Origin: Octopus bimaculoides
Lineage: Eukaryota
Assembly (NCBI RefSeq): GCF_001194135.2
Contig: NC_068989.1
Span: forward strand, 45,500,755 to 45,564,754
DNA: 64,000 nt
Direction of reading: 5' to 3'
The notes beneath the pieces were generated by a model. That model did not search any database. It was not told the origin of the DNA and saw only the letters and a list, made by a program, of their open reading frames with translations. The position numbers and the translations under genes are program-made. Of the stretch, positions 49,005 through 63,129 are shown one piece after another. The first letter of the stretch is position 1, and every line of letters starts with the position of its first letter.

Positions 49005-49200
49005 TACATACATATATATATATATATATAAATACATATACACACACATAAATATGTGCACACATGCACATGTACATATATGTGTGTGAGTATGTGAGTG
49101 TGTATTTGTGTACATAGGTACATGCACACATATGTATGACATGGGTAAATAGGGCCAAGCCCATTGCAATTTAATATCAATATGCATGTACAGAGAAAAC

Positions 49201-49273
<73 letters not shown>

Positions 49274-49569
49274 TACCATGTTTGAAAGCATAGATGAAAG
49301 TACATTTTCATACGACTAATCAAAATATATTTCGATGCACACACCAGCTGATGTAATGCAGAAAGCAGACGATATTCTACATAGTGCTACTACATATGCT
49401 TTCAATTCTAAAATCATGCTAAAGGCGGCATATGCATGTGCTACGACAGCTTGAAAAACGTATAATGAAGTCAATTAGAAATATATATTTACATGTATAT
49501 AGGAAGCTAACACACACAGATAAACCCACATTTACAGACATATATGCATATCTGTGTATCTATGTATCA

Positions 49570-49634
49570 ATCAATCTATTTATCCATGTATCTATCTGTC
49601 TGTCTGTCTGTCTGTCGATCTAGCTATCTATCTG

Positions 49635-49672
<38 letters not shown>

Positions 49673-49681
49673 AGTCAGTCA

Positions 49682-49777
<96 letters not shown>

Positions 49778-49970
49778 ACATACACCTATATATATACATA
49801 TACATATATTTATGTATAAGTATGTATGTATTTATGTATGTATGTACATATGTTTATATGTATGTATGTACGTATGTATGTATGTATGTATGTATGTATG
49901 CATGCATGTATGTATGTATGTATGTATGTATGTATGTATGTATGTATGTATGTATGTATGTATGTATCAA
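49570..49970. repeat. Compound microsatellite (TCTG)(TCTA)(TCAG)(TC)(TA)(TATG)
   Basis: Directly visible; an (AGAT)n tract also lies at 49200-49272. Confidence 0.95.
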
Positions 49971-50411
49971 GTAAATACTTTATATAACAATGCGAAATGT
50001 TTCCATGCAATGATGTGGGGAATAAACATTCTTTATTACAAAAATATTTAAAATTGTCTGAACTTAAAAATTTCTTTATCTTTCCAGAATCTTCGGCATA
50101 AAATATGCTGATAATAGAAGTTACATGTTAAAAGTAATTTGATGTATAAAAATTCAAAAATTTTGAAAATGTTCACATGCGAAGTAGAACGAATTTCAGC
50201 AATACTGTAAATGGGTTTTCTGTTATGCTTCATATAAACTTCTCTCTGTAGAAACATATTCAATAAAAGAAACATAATATAAAGCAGTCTTAGATTTACG
50301 TGGTAAATAAGCAAAATTGCGTCAGCACAATTGCTGCATATGTAAATTTTTAAAATTTGTAGGCATATGAAAGAACTAAATAACGCTAGGCAACGAATTG
50401 ATGAGTATTAG

Positions 50412-50444
<33 letters not shown>

Positions 50445-50736
50445 NNNNNNNNNNNNNNNNNNNNNNNNNNNNNNNNNNNNNNNNNNNNNNNNNNNNNNNN
50501 NNNNNNNNNNNNNNNNNNNNNNNNNNNNNNNNNNNNNNNNNNNNNNNNNNNNNNNNNNNNNNNNNNNNNNNNNNNNNNNNNNNNNNNNNNNNNNNNNNNN
50601 NNNNNNNNNNNNNNNNNNNNNNNNNNNNNNNNNNNNNNNNNNNNNNNNNNNNNNNNNNNNNNNNNNNNNNNNNNNNNNNNNNNNNNNNNNNNNNNNNNNN
50701 NNNNNNNNNNNNNNNNNNNNNNNNNNNNNNNNNNNN

Positions 50737-50778
<42 letters not shown>

Positions 50779-51182
50779 CGTGTGTTGTAAAGAATATGCA
50801 TTCTCTAATTTATTAAGTTGTCGTCTCACCTTTGTTATTTATGATATCTGTTTAATACATGCTTTTGCCTATATTTAAAGGTATTGTATACATATTGAAT
50901 TCATATTGAAAACATATTGACTCATCATTGTCAATGGCTAGGATACTTTTATATGTTCAAAATATAATATCTCCGCATTCGCACTTGCACCCATGCATAC
51001 ACACATAGGTATTGTGTGATTTATTGAATAATTGATTATTTGATTGATTGATTGATTGTGTAACAAGTTGACTTAGCTCCCGTTGTTACATAAAATTTCA
51101 TGGATATGAGCAAATACTACCAGCTTCTCAAACGTTCGGATACAAAGCGGAAAAAAAAGATGGCTACTAGCTATTTGTATTT

Positions 51183-51256
51183 TGTTCTTGGTATTCAAGT
51201 ACATATATGCTTACATATATGTTCTGTTCTTGGTATTCAAGTACATATATGCTTAC
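51183..51256. repeat. Tandem duplication, 42-bp period
   Basis: tgttcttggtattcaagtacatatatgcttac at 51183-51214 and 51225-51256. Confidence 0.95.
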
Positions 51257-51264
51257 TAATCTAT

Positions 51265-52270
51265 TCTTAGGTCATCAAAGTTTGCCAATGTTTTATAAGT
51301 ACAAGGAATAGTTTTATTCATCAAAGTATGCACCCATATTGTCAATACACATTTGCCATTGCAGCGGTAGTTTGTCCATCTCTGAACTGTAAGAGAGCTT
51401 GGCAATCTAGAGACAATAAAGTCTGGAAAGGCCTGTTTTACAGTGTCGTCGGATTTAAGTTTTGTTTTCCTATCAAAATGTTATCCAAATTCTGGAAGAA
51501 GCGGTAGTCAGTGGGGGCAGGATCAGGTGAGTATGGTGAAGATGGAGAACTTCCAACTCCAACTCCTGTAGTTTCGCCAATGTCATTTTTGCGATGTGTG
51601 GTCTGGTGTTGTCTTGCAATAAAACAGGAGTGGATCTGTTGACTAATCTAAGCTGTTTTCTTTTTTTTTTTTGTAAGTACCTGCATCATTCGGTCCAGTC
51701 GACTGCAACATACTTCGGCCGTGATTGATGAGCTAGGTTTAAAGAAATCATAATGGATCACACCTGCGCCAGACCACAAAACACACACTATCAGCTTCTT
51801 TTGAAGAATTTTGCTTCTTGGACTGTGTTTTGGTGGCTCGTCTTTGTCCAACCATTGTACTGAACGTTTACGGCTGTTGTAGTGGATTCATTTCCCATCA
51901 CATGTTAAAATTCGATTCATTTCTCATCACATGTTACAATTCGATTCAAAAATGATTCATTTTGTAACGAAAAAGTAGCTTCCAAACTTTGCTGTTTCTG
52001 ATTTTCATTGAGTTCATGTGGAACCCACTTATCCAAACTTTTCACTTTACCGATTTGAACTAGATGAGTCAGTATTGTTTGCTTACTAACATCAAGCAAC
52101 AACAATAATTCACGGGCACTTTGAGATGGATCTGACTCGACAGTGGCTTTCAGTTCGTCATTATCCACCTTTGTTTCTAGTCGACCGCGTTGCTCATTTG
52201 TGAGGTCAAAGTTACCAGAACGAAATTTTGCAAACCAATTTGATACTGTCTGCTGTGTAATAACATTAGA
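51265..52270 (-). mobile_element. Mariner (DD34D) transposon, decayed
   Basis: DNDELKATVESDP...WVPHELNE...RIVTCDEK, KKLIVCVLWSGAGVIHYDF, PTDYRFFQNLDN and WQMCIDNMGAYFDE*; includes an internal 29-bp tandem duplication around the TCDEK motif. Confidence 0.9.
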
Positions 52271-54543
52271 ATGATATTCTCCATTAATATTCCGAGCTGT
52301 CTATGATGCTGTATTTCCAAGAAAGAACTCATATTTCAAAACTGTACGAATTTCCAATTTATCCATTTCTAAACAAAAATAGCAAAAGACGATTTATAAA
52401 TACTTTATAAAGTGCAAATGAGCAGCTGCCAAAGTTTACCATATACCTTACTACAAATTTCATACTTGACGACCTAATACAAGTCTCTTTGAGAGAAGGG
52501 TTTCTCTTATGATGTATTTTCTGAAAATAGGAGGTTATACGAAATATTACCAATCAATACATGCCAGTTTGAAATTGGATCTTGTTCAATATTGAAGAAG
52601 CTTATATAATTGAATTTTAATTTTGTCAGTAAAAAATTTCGATTCTCAGTTTATTTCTTACCTGTCGATTTTAGACAATGCGATGCAATTTTATGATCTT
52701 CACATATATGGACGAATGTATCTATCTATACACATAAATATATCATTTACATTTTCATTTACTAATAAATGACATCAGTGTCCTAAATATATTGTAGAAT
52801 TTATATTTCTCCGAATGTATTTCTTAAATCATTCCATTTCTCCTAAGACTCACAAATACTAACGCGTAATGCTATTGTACTCTTGTTCTTGTGATATTCG
52901 GCAAAAAAATATAAAGTAAATGATGCAGCCAATAGGCCGTTATTGTCTATCAAGACAGATATATATAATGTACGAACATATTGAGATTTATATCCTCCTA
53001 CGTTGTAAGGTTATTAACCAAGGTCTTTTCTTCAAGGGGTGGCGATCTTTGGTAGTTCTTTCTGCTGTAGTACAGTACAAGTGCTTGTCATACATTTCTG
53101 GTCCTGCTGGATTTTCCGTTACTAAGTGATATTGGTCTGACAATTTTCTCATTTTTTCTTCATTTTTCTTGTACCTTTGTCATAGCAGTTATCTCATGCC
53201 AAAGGATACACAAGCGCAAAATATGATGTGCCATTTGAATATGATTTAATCGATTGTATTATTCATGCTCTGCATATCATCAATGTTTACGAGCAAGAAT
53301 CCCACTGCGAACATGTTGTAAATATTTCTAATGGTACTTGTTTCTGACTGGCGATGCACTGATGTGGAGAGTGATGCGTGCGATATATATACAGGCACTG
53401 TTTGTTTGCTGTTCTACCTTCATTGGCGGAACTTGTTCATACTATCAAAATGCATATACCATTCTCCTTATTTTTGAATGCAATCGCAACAGAGGCACGA
53501 AACAAACCGAGCGAGGATATAGATTATACATTTTTCCAAAAATTAAGGTCACCACACATCAGATTGCCTGCCGATTATAACTTTTTTTTTCAGAACTCTT
53601 GGATTATTTTCAAAACTATTTTTGATATAGGTGTAATTTCTCGAAATAAAATAAAAGCATTAAACAACCTATGACGAGTGACACAGTATATTCTGTTCCT
53701 CTTTATTTATTGGCATTGTTTTAGAAACTTTAATTAATTTCTCAACTGCACTGTCTAAACATATTTATAGTGTTAATAATTTTAATTCAGGATGGTTCTG
53801 TTCTGATCTCAGAGGCAACCATTAAACAGTAAGTACCTCATGCTTGTCTGCTTTATGTCTGACACGCTTCGAAGTAGCTGAATGTTGTTACTTTTCTCTT
53901 TCATTGCAGAAACTGATGGTTGGTTATATAAGCAGTCAAAATGCATTGAATTCAAAACCAGTTGATTTTAATGTATTCTGTATCATTGATTACAACAAAT
54001 GATCCTCATTTTCAGCATTAGTTGAAGTGTTTTAGTTTCAGAGCTGTACTGCTTTTCAATGATTTTTCTCATCAAAGATATAGCTTAACGAGCCTTTAAG
54101 AAAATAACACCATTTCCTGTATTGGGAGACCAATATATTGATTCTTATAGATTTTTGATTGCTAATTACAAAGAAGATAACATTAATGTTTGTAAACCGG
54201 CTACAGCTTGGGAGATACACAATTTATGTAACTTTGGAATTTTTTCGAACTATATAGAAATGTTATCGTCACAAATAGAATTTTGATCTTACCAATGACA
54301 TGCAACACGACCAAATTAATTAAATTTAAAAAAAAAATTTTTTTTTAGAAAAATGTTTTACAATGAATATATTTCATATAGATTTTGATAAAGACCTTGG
54401 TTCCTATTTCAGCGGTTGTTTTGACTGTCTCTCATAAAATAGGTCAGACACTTGTTTGTGTGGATTCCAACAATTCTTCGCCATGGCTGATAACTATTTG
54501 CGATGATATCATTTAGTTACAATGTTCTGGTGAAATTATTTAC

Positions 54544-54609
54544 CTTGTTCATCACCCAGGTGAAGAAGAAAAGACTCAAGAATCGAGAAAATCTATCTTC
54601 AGGAGTGTG
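54544..54609 (-). CDS. Candidate 66-nt coding exon
   Basis: Acceptor gtaatttcag and donor AAG|gtaaat; phase 0-0; only one frame is open: HTPEDRFSRFLSLFFFTWVMNK. Confidence 0.25.
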
Positions 54610-55846
54610 CTGAAATTACAGGCCCGATTTTGATCTTCAGCCAAAGTTTATTTATTTTAAGTTTGTTAATTACCATTAAAATTATTTGTAGCCATTTTAA
54701 AACGTTCCGTCTCTAATATTATCAAATACGCTAAAATTGAAGGCGCGACTGGTGTTACTAATTTCAGAAAAAGTGTCGACATATATGTTTTAGGGAAAAT
54801 TGGTATGTTTGAAATTAGCGCCCTCACTATGAACTAGAAATGGCGTATCTTCTGGGGTATGGAACGTTTATTGTGATCGGGATTTGTAGACTAAATATTA
54901 GAACAAACGAGGGTATGTTGTCATGATAAGCAAAAGTCAATACTGAATTTGATTCAGCAGTCTAAAACCAAAATCAATTTACAGATATAAATTACTAATG
55001 GTGTCACCTAGTAAAATTATCTGAAGCCTTTGTAGTCCTAAGCCAGTAACCTTAGATTACATACAACTTACTCAAAAGTGACACGTTCGGAAGTACCAAT
55101 CTTAATGAACTCGTTTTACCGATGTTCCATGACTGGATCGGTGAATGGTCAAATGTTATAAGCGCAGAAGATTTACAGACAAGTGTCGCAGTAAAAATAG
55201 AAATGCTCACTGGTTCTGTCAGACATTTACACGACTTTGAAAAATGTCACTTTGTCTTAAAGTTAAAACATGACGTAATTGAAAGCTTTTAATGCAATGG
55301 TATCGTGGGAGATACCTGCAGCAATAACCTTTGATACCAATAGTATACCACTGCACTCGTCAAAATTCTGTTACAGATCTCATCTCAGACAGATAAAACA
55401 GCTTCTTCTATAACAATTTAGACGTAGACTAAGGCACCAATTTTTAAAATAAAGAGTAGAGACAGAAACATTCGTGTGACTGTTTTCAAAGAACGAAACT
55501 GATCCACTACTAAAATCAAATATACAATTTTCTTTTTCAGCAGCTTGATTGGTACAGGTGCGAATAACTTTGGTTATAAATAAATCACGAATATGATCTA
55601 TATCTGCATATACATATACACATTCCTACATACGCACGCACGCAAACACACGTGCACATACGCACACACACGCACACGCGTGCGTGCACACACAGACACA
55701 CACAAAAAACAAGAAGAGGACAAATATCCGTCAATTGTAAATAATGTAAATAATGTATATGCAAAGATGTTTATATATGTACATACATAGCGATAAATAG
55801 ATATACCTATACGTTCTTCACACAGACATATAAACACACATATATA

Positions 55847-56064
55847 CGAGGGAGTGCTGAAAAGTTTCTGGCTGTAAGGGTATCACGAAAGGCCTGTTTG
55901 GAGACCCAACCTTCCAAGTTCTTTTTACAGGGGTTAGAAAATATGAAGTACCGCTGCAATAAGTGTGTAAATCTGAGAGGGGAATATGTTGCATAGAATC
56001 ATGATTAACTGATCCCCCTGTATTTTCTTTTACCCAAAGCCAAGAACTTTTCAGCACCCCCTTG
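55847..56064 (+). mobile_element. Mariner deletion-derivative MITE, 218 bp, TA TSD
   Basis: TIRs ta|cgagggagtgctgaaaagtttctggct and agccaagaacttttcagcacccccttg|ta. It retains the transposase C-terminus KYRCNKCVNLRGEYVA*. Confidence 0.92.
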
Positions 56065-56499
56065 TATAATAGTATATCTGAGAGAACTGAACAGAGTGAG
56101 GTGAAGAGAGAATGAAAGCAAATGAAACGTATATAGCTGTGGATGGCTCTATTCGTCTGGATATTTATGCATCTATGTAGTTATGCATAAAACCATGTAT
56201 GCGCATGTGAATAACTTATAGCGACCTACACTACTGACATATAGCAGGTGGATATCAATAAAATGAATATTTACGTTGTTATACAACACATAAAGTAGAA
56301 TATGAAAAATGCTATTTTGAATTTTGAGCAAGCATAAATTTTAGTTGACTGCCCTCACTTAAAAGATTTTATTTACGTTTTTATCGTTCTCCAGCCCTAC
56401 GAGAGTGCCGAAACTGAGTTTAATAAGCCCCTTGAATATTTGCTGCTTGTATATATGTATATACAATCACACGTACTTATATGCATATACATATCTTTT

Positions 56500-56800
56500 A
56501 TTTTTTAACTGTCATTTCTTTCTGTCATTGGACTGCGGCCATGCTGGAGCACTGTCTTTAAGAATACATTGTCGAACGAATCGACCCCGGTATTTATTTC
56601 TTTTTAGCCTGATTCACAGCGACGGAAACACACCAACAAACATATACATACACATAAATATGTACATATATATAGCGGGTTTCTTTTAGTGTCCGTCTAC
56701 CAAATCCACTCAGAATGCTTTGGTCGGCCCATGACTACAGTAGAAGATAGCTGCCTAAGGTGCCATGCAGTGGTACAAACCATATGGCTGCGAAGCAAAC
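56500..56800 (-). mobile_element. SINE family A, decayed
   Basis: gactgcggccatgctggagcac...tccgtctaccaaatccactca...agtagaaga...aggtgccatgcagtgg. Confidence 0.8.
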
Positions 56801-57064
56801 TGCCCCGTCTGTGCATATATAAACATAATGATATGCTTACATATATTAATACTCAGAGATCCATACATAATTACACACACAAGCACACCCAAATATATAT
56901 ATATATATANNNNNNNNNNNNNNNNNNNNNNNNNNNNNNNNNNNNNNNNNNNNNNNNNNNNNNNNNNNNNNNNNNNNNNNNNNNNNNNNNNNNNNNNNNN
57001 NNNNNNNNNNNNNNNNATATATTGGGAAAAAAAATATATATATAGGAAAAATTGAAAAAGGAGA

Positions 57065-57300
57065 CCAGTGCCTTGTGAGTGAATTTGGTGGACGGAAAAT
57101 GTGAGGGAACTCTTCACATATATGTGTACACCTGTTTGTGTATTTGTGTTTGCGATTCCCCAATGGTTGACAAAAGATGGTGTTTTCTTTGCGCTCCCGT
57201 TACTTAGCGTTTCGACAAAAAGACCGATAAAATAATTACTAGCCTTATAGATACATGTACTCGGGTCGATTTGCTCAACTAATCTTTCAGGCTGTAAGGA
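57065..57300 (+). mobile_element. SINE family A, 5'-truncated
   Basis: gccttgtgagtgaatttggtggacggaaa...gaccgataaaata...gggtcgatttgctcaact. Confidence 0.75.
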
Positions 57301-58575
57301 TACAGTCCGATCATTGAGAGAAAAGTTCAAAGAAGATACGTATAATGTTTTCAGGTCTTTATGATAAAAGATATGTTGGTAGAGAGTAATTATTAATATT
57401 TACAAATCAATATGCTGAATTCAGACATTCGACTTTGTCCTTACACTGAGGGCTTCTTTCAAAAAGCCTATCTTGCTCTATTATCATTTTATTTTTACAA
57501 ATTATGCGATCACTTATAAAGTTTCGTCAGCAAATCATAATAAAATTTCAACTTTATTTTCACCAATGCGTTTATTTTATCTTAGTGTAAAATTATTTTC
57601 AAAAGGGATCAGTGTTGTTTATAACCATAGCATTTTTTTTAAAACGGTGTTTCAGATATATTTCTTTCTCGAGAAGATATAAGACACTATTGGTATATAA
57701 GGGTTAAGAACTCACAATACCAGTCATCAATCTATAATAATCAATTGTCATTAATCCGTATTGACGAACTGTAATCGTCATTAAGACACTTCCTTAATGA
57801 AGGTCTGTAATCGTCCTGGAGAAAAGTTTTCATTCAGATGAATACAATAGTTTGTAATTACAAACAAATAATTATCTTGCTCATTTGTCTCAAAATAACA
57901 TTCCTGAAAATGTCTAATTCTGAAACTAGTCATTGCTATATATATAAACAATAGCAAAAGCTAGAAATATAAGAGCATGCAATGTTAAATTCAAAGCCAT
58001 ATATATGGAATATAGTACATATCACATGAAAACCCCTCTTTCCATTTTTTGTTCTCATTCAAATATCAATTGTTATACGCTATAATTTATATATCGAGCG
58101 TGGTGCATGTTTGCCACAAAATAGAAACAAAATAAAACACGAGTGAACTTCCCTTGTTTGATGAACCCTTCACTAATGGGAAGAATTCTTTATCTGTTGA
58201 TTTCTACCGTACTGTCTAGCCATGACGTATAGTGTGCTTCACTGAAATATGACACGATATCTAAATAGATTTGCGCGTGCGCGTGCGCGCGTGTGTACAT
58301 GTATGTACCAAGTATGTAATTTATACCTAGCAATATTTTTCATGCTAAACTTTGACGTGAAGTGCCTCAGCAGATATTTTAGCGGTCATTGTGTTCACAA
58401 TATACTAAAACTTAAAAAATTTTAACTGCATTTGTCTGATTGCAGATGGTCTGATTGGAAAATACGGTTTGGGGTAATAACGTAACTTCGCCAGCAATTG
58501 AAATACACTATCTGGCTTGTTATTGCGAACTTGGGTTTAAAGCCATCGATTCATCAATACATAATACATACATAT

Positions 58576-58653
<78 letters not shown>

Positions 58654-60822
58654 TAGGTTGTAGGATTGACTTTGCTTATTTCATTTGTTTATTTTGATCA
58701 CTTTTACATATGATTGTAATTAATCAATAAATAGATATAAATGAATGTTTACAAGCTGATGTTTGTCGATTGATTATCCTCTCCCTTTTCTTATTTGCCT
58801 TTTAAATTCTGGATAAATTTCTGTTTTACCTCCACTCATACCTATTATTCAATTACGATACTGCCCTGCAATACCAAGCACTTGGATATAAATACGTAGG
58901 TATCCATCCAGTAGTATATTGGATATTTATTATCCCTTAGTTGGTTGCTTAATCTCTAACTCATATAGACATATATATACACACATATAAACATACGTAT
59001 AGTAGTATATTTATGAATATATGTATAATTTTTTATAAATTTTTATACATACGAATATATATAAGTTGGTAGGTATCTATCTATCTATATATATATATAT
59101 ATATATATATATNNNNNNNNNNNNNNNNNNNNNNNNNNNNNNNNNNNNNNNNNNNNNNNNNNNNNNNNNNNNNNNNNNNNNNNNNNNNNNNNNNNNNNNN
59201 NNNNNNNNNNNNNNNNNNNNNNNNNNNNNNNNNNNNNNNNNNNNNNNNNNNNNNNNNNNNNNNNNNNNNNNNNNNNNNNNNNNNNNNNNNNNNNNNNNNN
59301 NNNNNNNNNNNNNNNNNNNNNNNNNNNNNNNNNNNNNNNNNNNNNNNNNNNNNNNNNNNNNNNNNNNNNNNNNNNNNNNNNNNNNNNNNNNNNNNNNNNN
59401 NNNNNNNNNNNNNNNNNNNNNNNNNNNNNNNNNNNNNNNNNNNNNNNNNNNNNNNNNNNNNNNNNNNNNNNNNNNNNNNNNNNNNNNNNNNNNNNNNNNN
59501 NNNNNNNNNNNNNNNNNNNNNNNNNNNNNNNNNNNNNNNNNNNNNNNNNNNNNNNNNNNNNNNNNNNNNNNNNNNNNNNNNNNNNNNNNNNNNNNNNNNN
59601 NATGTGTGCACAAAGATATAATTCGGTTTAGTCATTGACAAAACAAGGAAACTTCATGCAGTCGGTAGTGTATTGGAAAAGGTCTGAAAAACATTTCCGA
59701 ATGAATTGTGCATTTGTTGTAATATTCAAAGAAAATTACCAGACACCTATAAGAAATTATTAACACTTCTCAATGAAAACCCCAAGAACTTTAAGAATTA
59801 AGTTTTTAATTATTAATTGTTGAATGTTACTTTTGAATAAAATTGAGTTTCAGTTTTTTAATGTGGCAATGCGATCTTTCTTAGATAGTAATGTCACATT
59901 TAGGTCACATTAGATCTCATCAGAGAGGTACATTTTCCTTAATTTTAACTAGAGCAAAATGGAGTGACAAAATGTTCTACCATTAGAACTTGCATAATTA
60001 CTGCGCAATGTAAACAATTTAATTGTGCCAATGGTAAAAATAGATGAAAATAGATGAAAATAGATGAGCTTCGATGAAAATTCTTCGTTGCCCGCCTTAA
60101 TGCAACAACCATGTTGAGGACAAGTATTATTGAGAAAACTGAGTAGAAGTTTTTATAAGTGGAAAAATAATTGTGAAGAACTTAGATCAGTATAATTTGT
60201 ACAATCAGAAAAGATGGCTCAAGGGAGATAATCCAGAATGGTAGCTGGTATTGTGTGTTTGTTTCTTTGTTTGCATGTGCCGGTGCCTTGGCGTACGTGC
60301 GCCTGTGTGTTCGCGGGCGTGCGCATGGTTGTTCTTTCATTGCAGTTTTCCTTAATAATGTAAAACGTATCAAGTCCCAGTTAATATTACGAAAGCTGCA
60401 TGTCTAAAAAGTTATAAACAGTGCAAAACATCTTCCATCAGTTGATTTACATTAGAATCAGATGTGTCACATAAGTTTAAAAACTCATCAAAAATATTAC
60501 AACTGGAGACATACACATTCACAATGCAAAAAAGACAAAAAACAAAGAAAAATGTACAAAATGTGAACATTCAAATCTGTAGACGATCCTGCAACATCGG
60601 CGAGCAGGTGATGGCTGAAAGAAACTTAAAGAAGGAAATTGAGGACAACAGCAAACAATTGAACTGGAATACTCGTCTATAAATTTAAATTGTTTTACAG
60701 TGTTAGTTGAGAATTTTGTCAGATCCTTGTCACACGACAGTTAAAGCAGATTTATCTTGCTGTGACAAATATCGTACAAATAACATACAAACTATCCACG
60801 GGGCACCAGTTTNNNNNNNNNN

Positions 60823-60869
<47 letters not shown>

Positions 60870-61733
60870 AAATAGACACATATACACATACATAAACGCA
60901 TACATAAGCGTAAATGATATATTGAAATATATATAAATATGTAGCTGTAGTCAGGTATATTGATAAAGATATATATTCATGTATGTAAAGCTATTAACGT
61001 GAATGCGTCTCCAAATACAGCATCATTGAATCTTTCTCCCTCGCTCGTGCACACTCCTTCCCTCTCACTCTCATTCATACCCATCTTTCTCTCTCTTTTT
61101 TTACACACACACACGCAACCATATCTATGTATATATATATAATAATAATATTAGGGACAAAATCCAAAATTACAGGTAAAAAACTCAATTAAAATCAATT
61201 TATAAAAAATTAAAATTAAATTGAGCCTTATAGATAAAGTATATATAAAATATATAGTTTTAGGGAAAATAACCAATTTTCAAGAACTCAATATTATACT
61301 CATTTATTGTGCTTTTAATTATGAATTTTTCTATATGTGATAGTGGATTTTCATCGATGAGTTTTTGAAAATTGGTTATTTTCCCTAANNNNNNNNNNNN
61401 NNNNNNNNNNNNNNNNNNNNNNNNNNNNNNNNNNNNNNNNNNNNNNNNNNNNNNNNNNNNNNNNNNNNNNNNNNNNNNNNNNNNNNNNNNNNNNNNNNNN
61501 NNNNNNNNNNNNNNNNNNNNNNNNNNNNNNNNNNNNNNNNNNNNNNNNNNNNNNNNNNNNNNNNNNNNNNNNNNNNNNNNNNNNNNNNNNNNNNNNNNNN
61601 NNNNNNNNNNNNNNNNNNNNNNNNNNNNNNNNNNNNNNNNNNNNNNNNNNNNNNNNNNNNNNNNNNNNNNNNNNNNNNNNNNNNNNNNNNNNNNNNNNNN
61701 NNNNNNNNNNNNNNNNNNNNNNNNNNNNNNNNN

Positions 61734-61818
<85 letters not shown>

Positions 61819-62419
61819 GCTTGTGAATGTGTATGTACTTGCACTTGGGATAGTTTACCAAAAAACCCTAGTTTAAAAATCTTTGGGGCTATGAAGACAT
61901 AAATTTTGTCTTTAATTAATTGGTTGACAACTATCAACCCTCCTGTACATACATACGCGCATACATACATACATACATACATACATACGTACATACACAC
62001 ATACATACATGTACGCACACATACATTCATGCATACATACATGCATATGTGTGTGAGTGTGAACGTGCATACACACATATAACAAGCTATGTGTATGTAC
62101 GAGATAAATGCCTATATGATTAACTCTGTAAAATGCTTAGGAATAATAAATAACACCACACGTACATATACTTCAATTACGTATCCTATACACATAGCTA
62201 CTTTGCAACATAAAACTCAGGCGTGTGAGGTAAGGATGTAGAACTACGTAACTAAAAACCAATTATAATACAACTGACAATATGTAGCCTTGCAGGTGCT
62301 TCCACTATTTCCTGTTTGTTAGCTGTATGACACTAGTTACATCTAGATGAAAATGCTCTAATTTTAATTCTACAATGGCCCGACAAAAAAAGAAGAAAAA
62401 ACAATTATCTGATTTTGCA

Positions 62420-62620
62420 TATTTTATTTTACTTGTTTTGAGGCTGGATCACCGCCTCAAAAAATGTTTGTCGAATGAATCGACCTGAAGACTTATCTTT
62501 TAAAGCCTCGTACTCATACAGTCGGTCACTTCGCTGAGCCAGTAAGTTACGGAGATGTAAACAAATCAGCACTGGTTGTTAAGCGATAATGGAAGACAAA
62601 CACAGACACACATACAGACA
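62420..62620 (-). mobile_element. SINE family A, 3' half
   Basis: caccgcct...gaatcgacc...gtaagttacggagatgtaaac...agcactggttgttaagcgat. Confidence 0.7.
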
Positions 62621-63129
62621 CACACAGACACACATACACACACACACACACACACACAAACACACCCACACACAATCACAGACAGATGTGTATATATATA
62701 TATATATGTGTATATGTATATGTATATATATATNNNNNNNNNNNNNNNNNNNNNNNNNNNNNNNNNNNNNNNNNNNNNNNNNNNNNNNNNNNNNNNNNNN
62801 NNNNNNNNNNNNNNNNNNNNNNNNNNNNNNNNNNNNNNNNNNNNNNNNNNNNNNNNNNNNNNNNNNNNNNNNNNNNNNNNNNNNNNNNNNNNNNNNNNNN
62901 NNNNNNNNNNNNNNNNNNNNNNNNNNNNNNNNNNNNNNNNNNNNNNNNNNNNNNNNNNNNNNNNNNNNNNNNNNNNNNNNNNNNNNNNNNNNNNNNNNNN
63001 NNNNNNNNNNNNNNNNNNNNNNNNNNNNNNNNNNNNNNNNNNNNNNNNNNNNNNNNNNNNNNNNNNNNNNNNNNNNNNNNNNNNNNNNNNNNNNNNNNNN
63101 NNNNNNNNNNNNNNTATACATATATACAT

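Noticed and set aside
52950-53300. Possible Tc1 transposase remnant (RHPLKKRPWL)
   Set aside because: A single weak motif, with no TIRs or catalytic residues found.
53378-53674. 98-aa plus-strand ORF
   Set aside because: It starts at GTG, runs through a T-tract, and has no recognisable motif.
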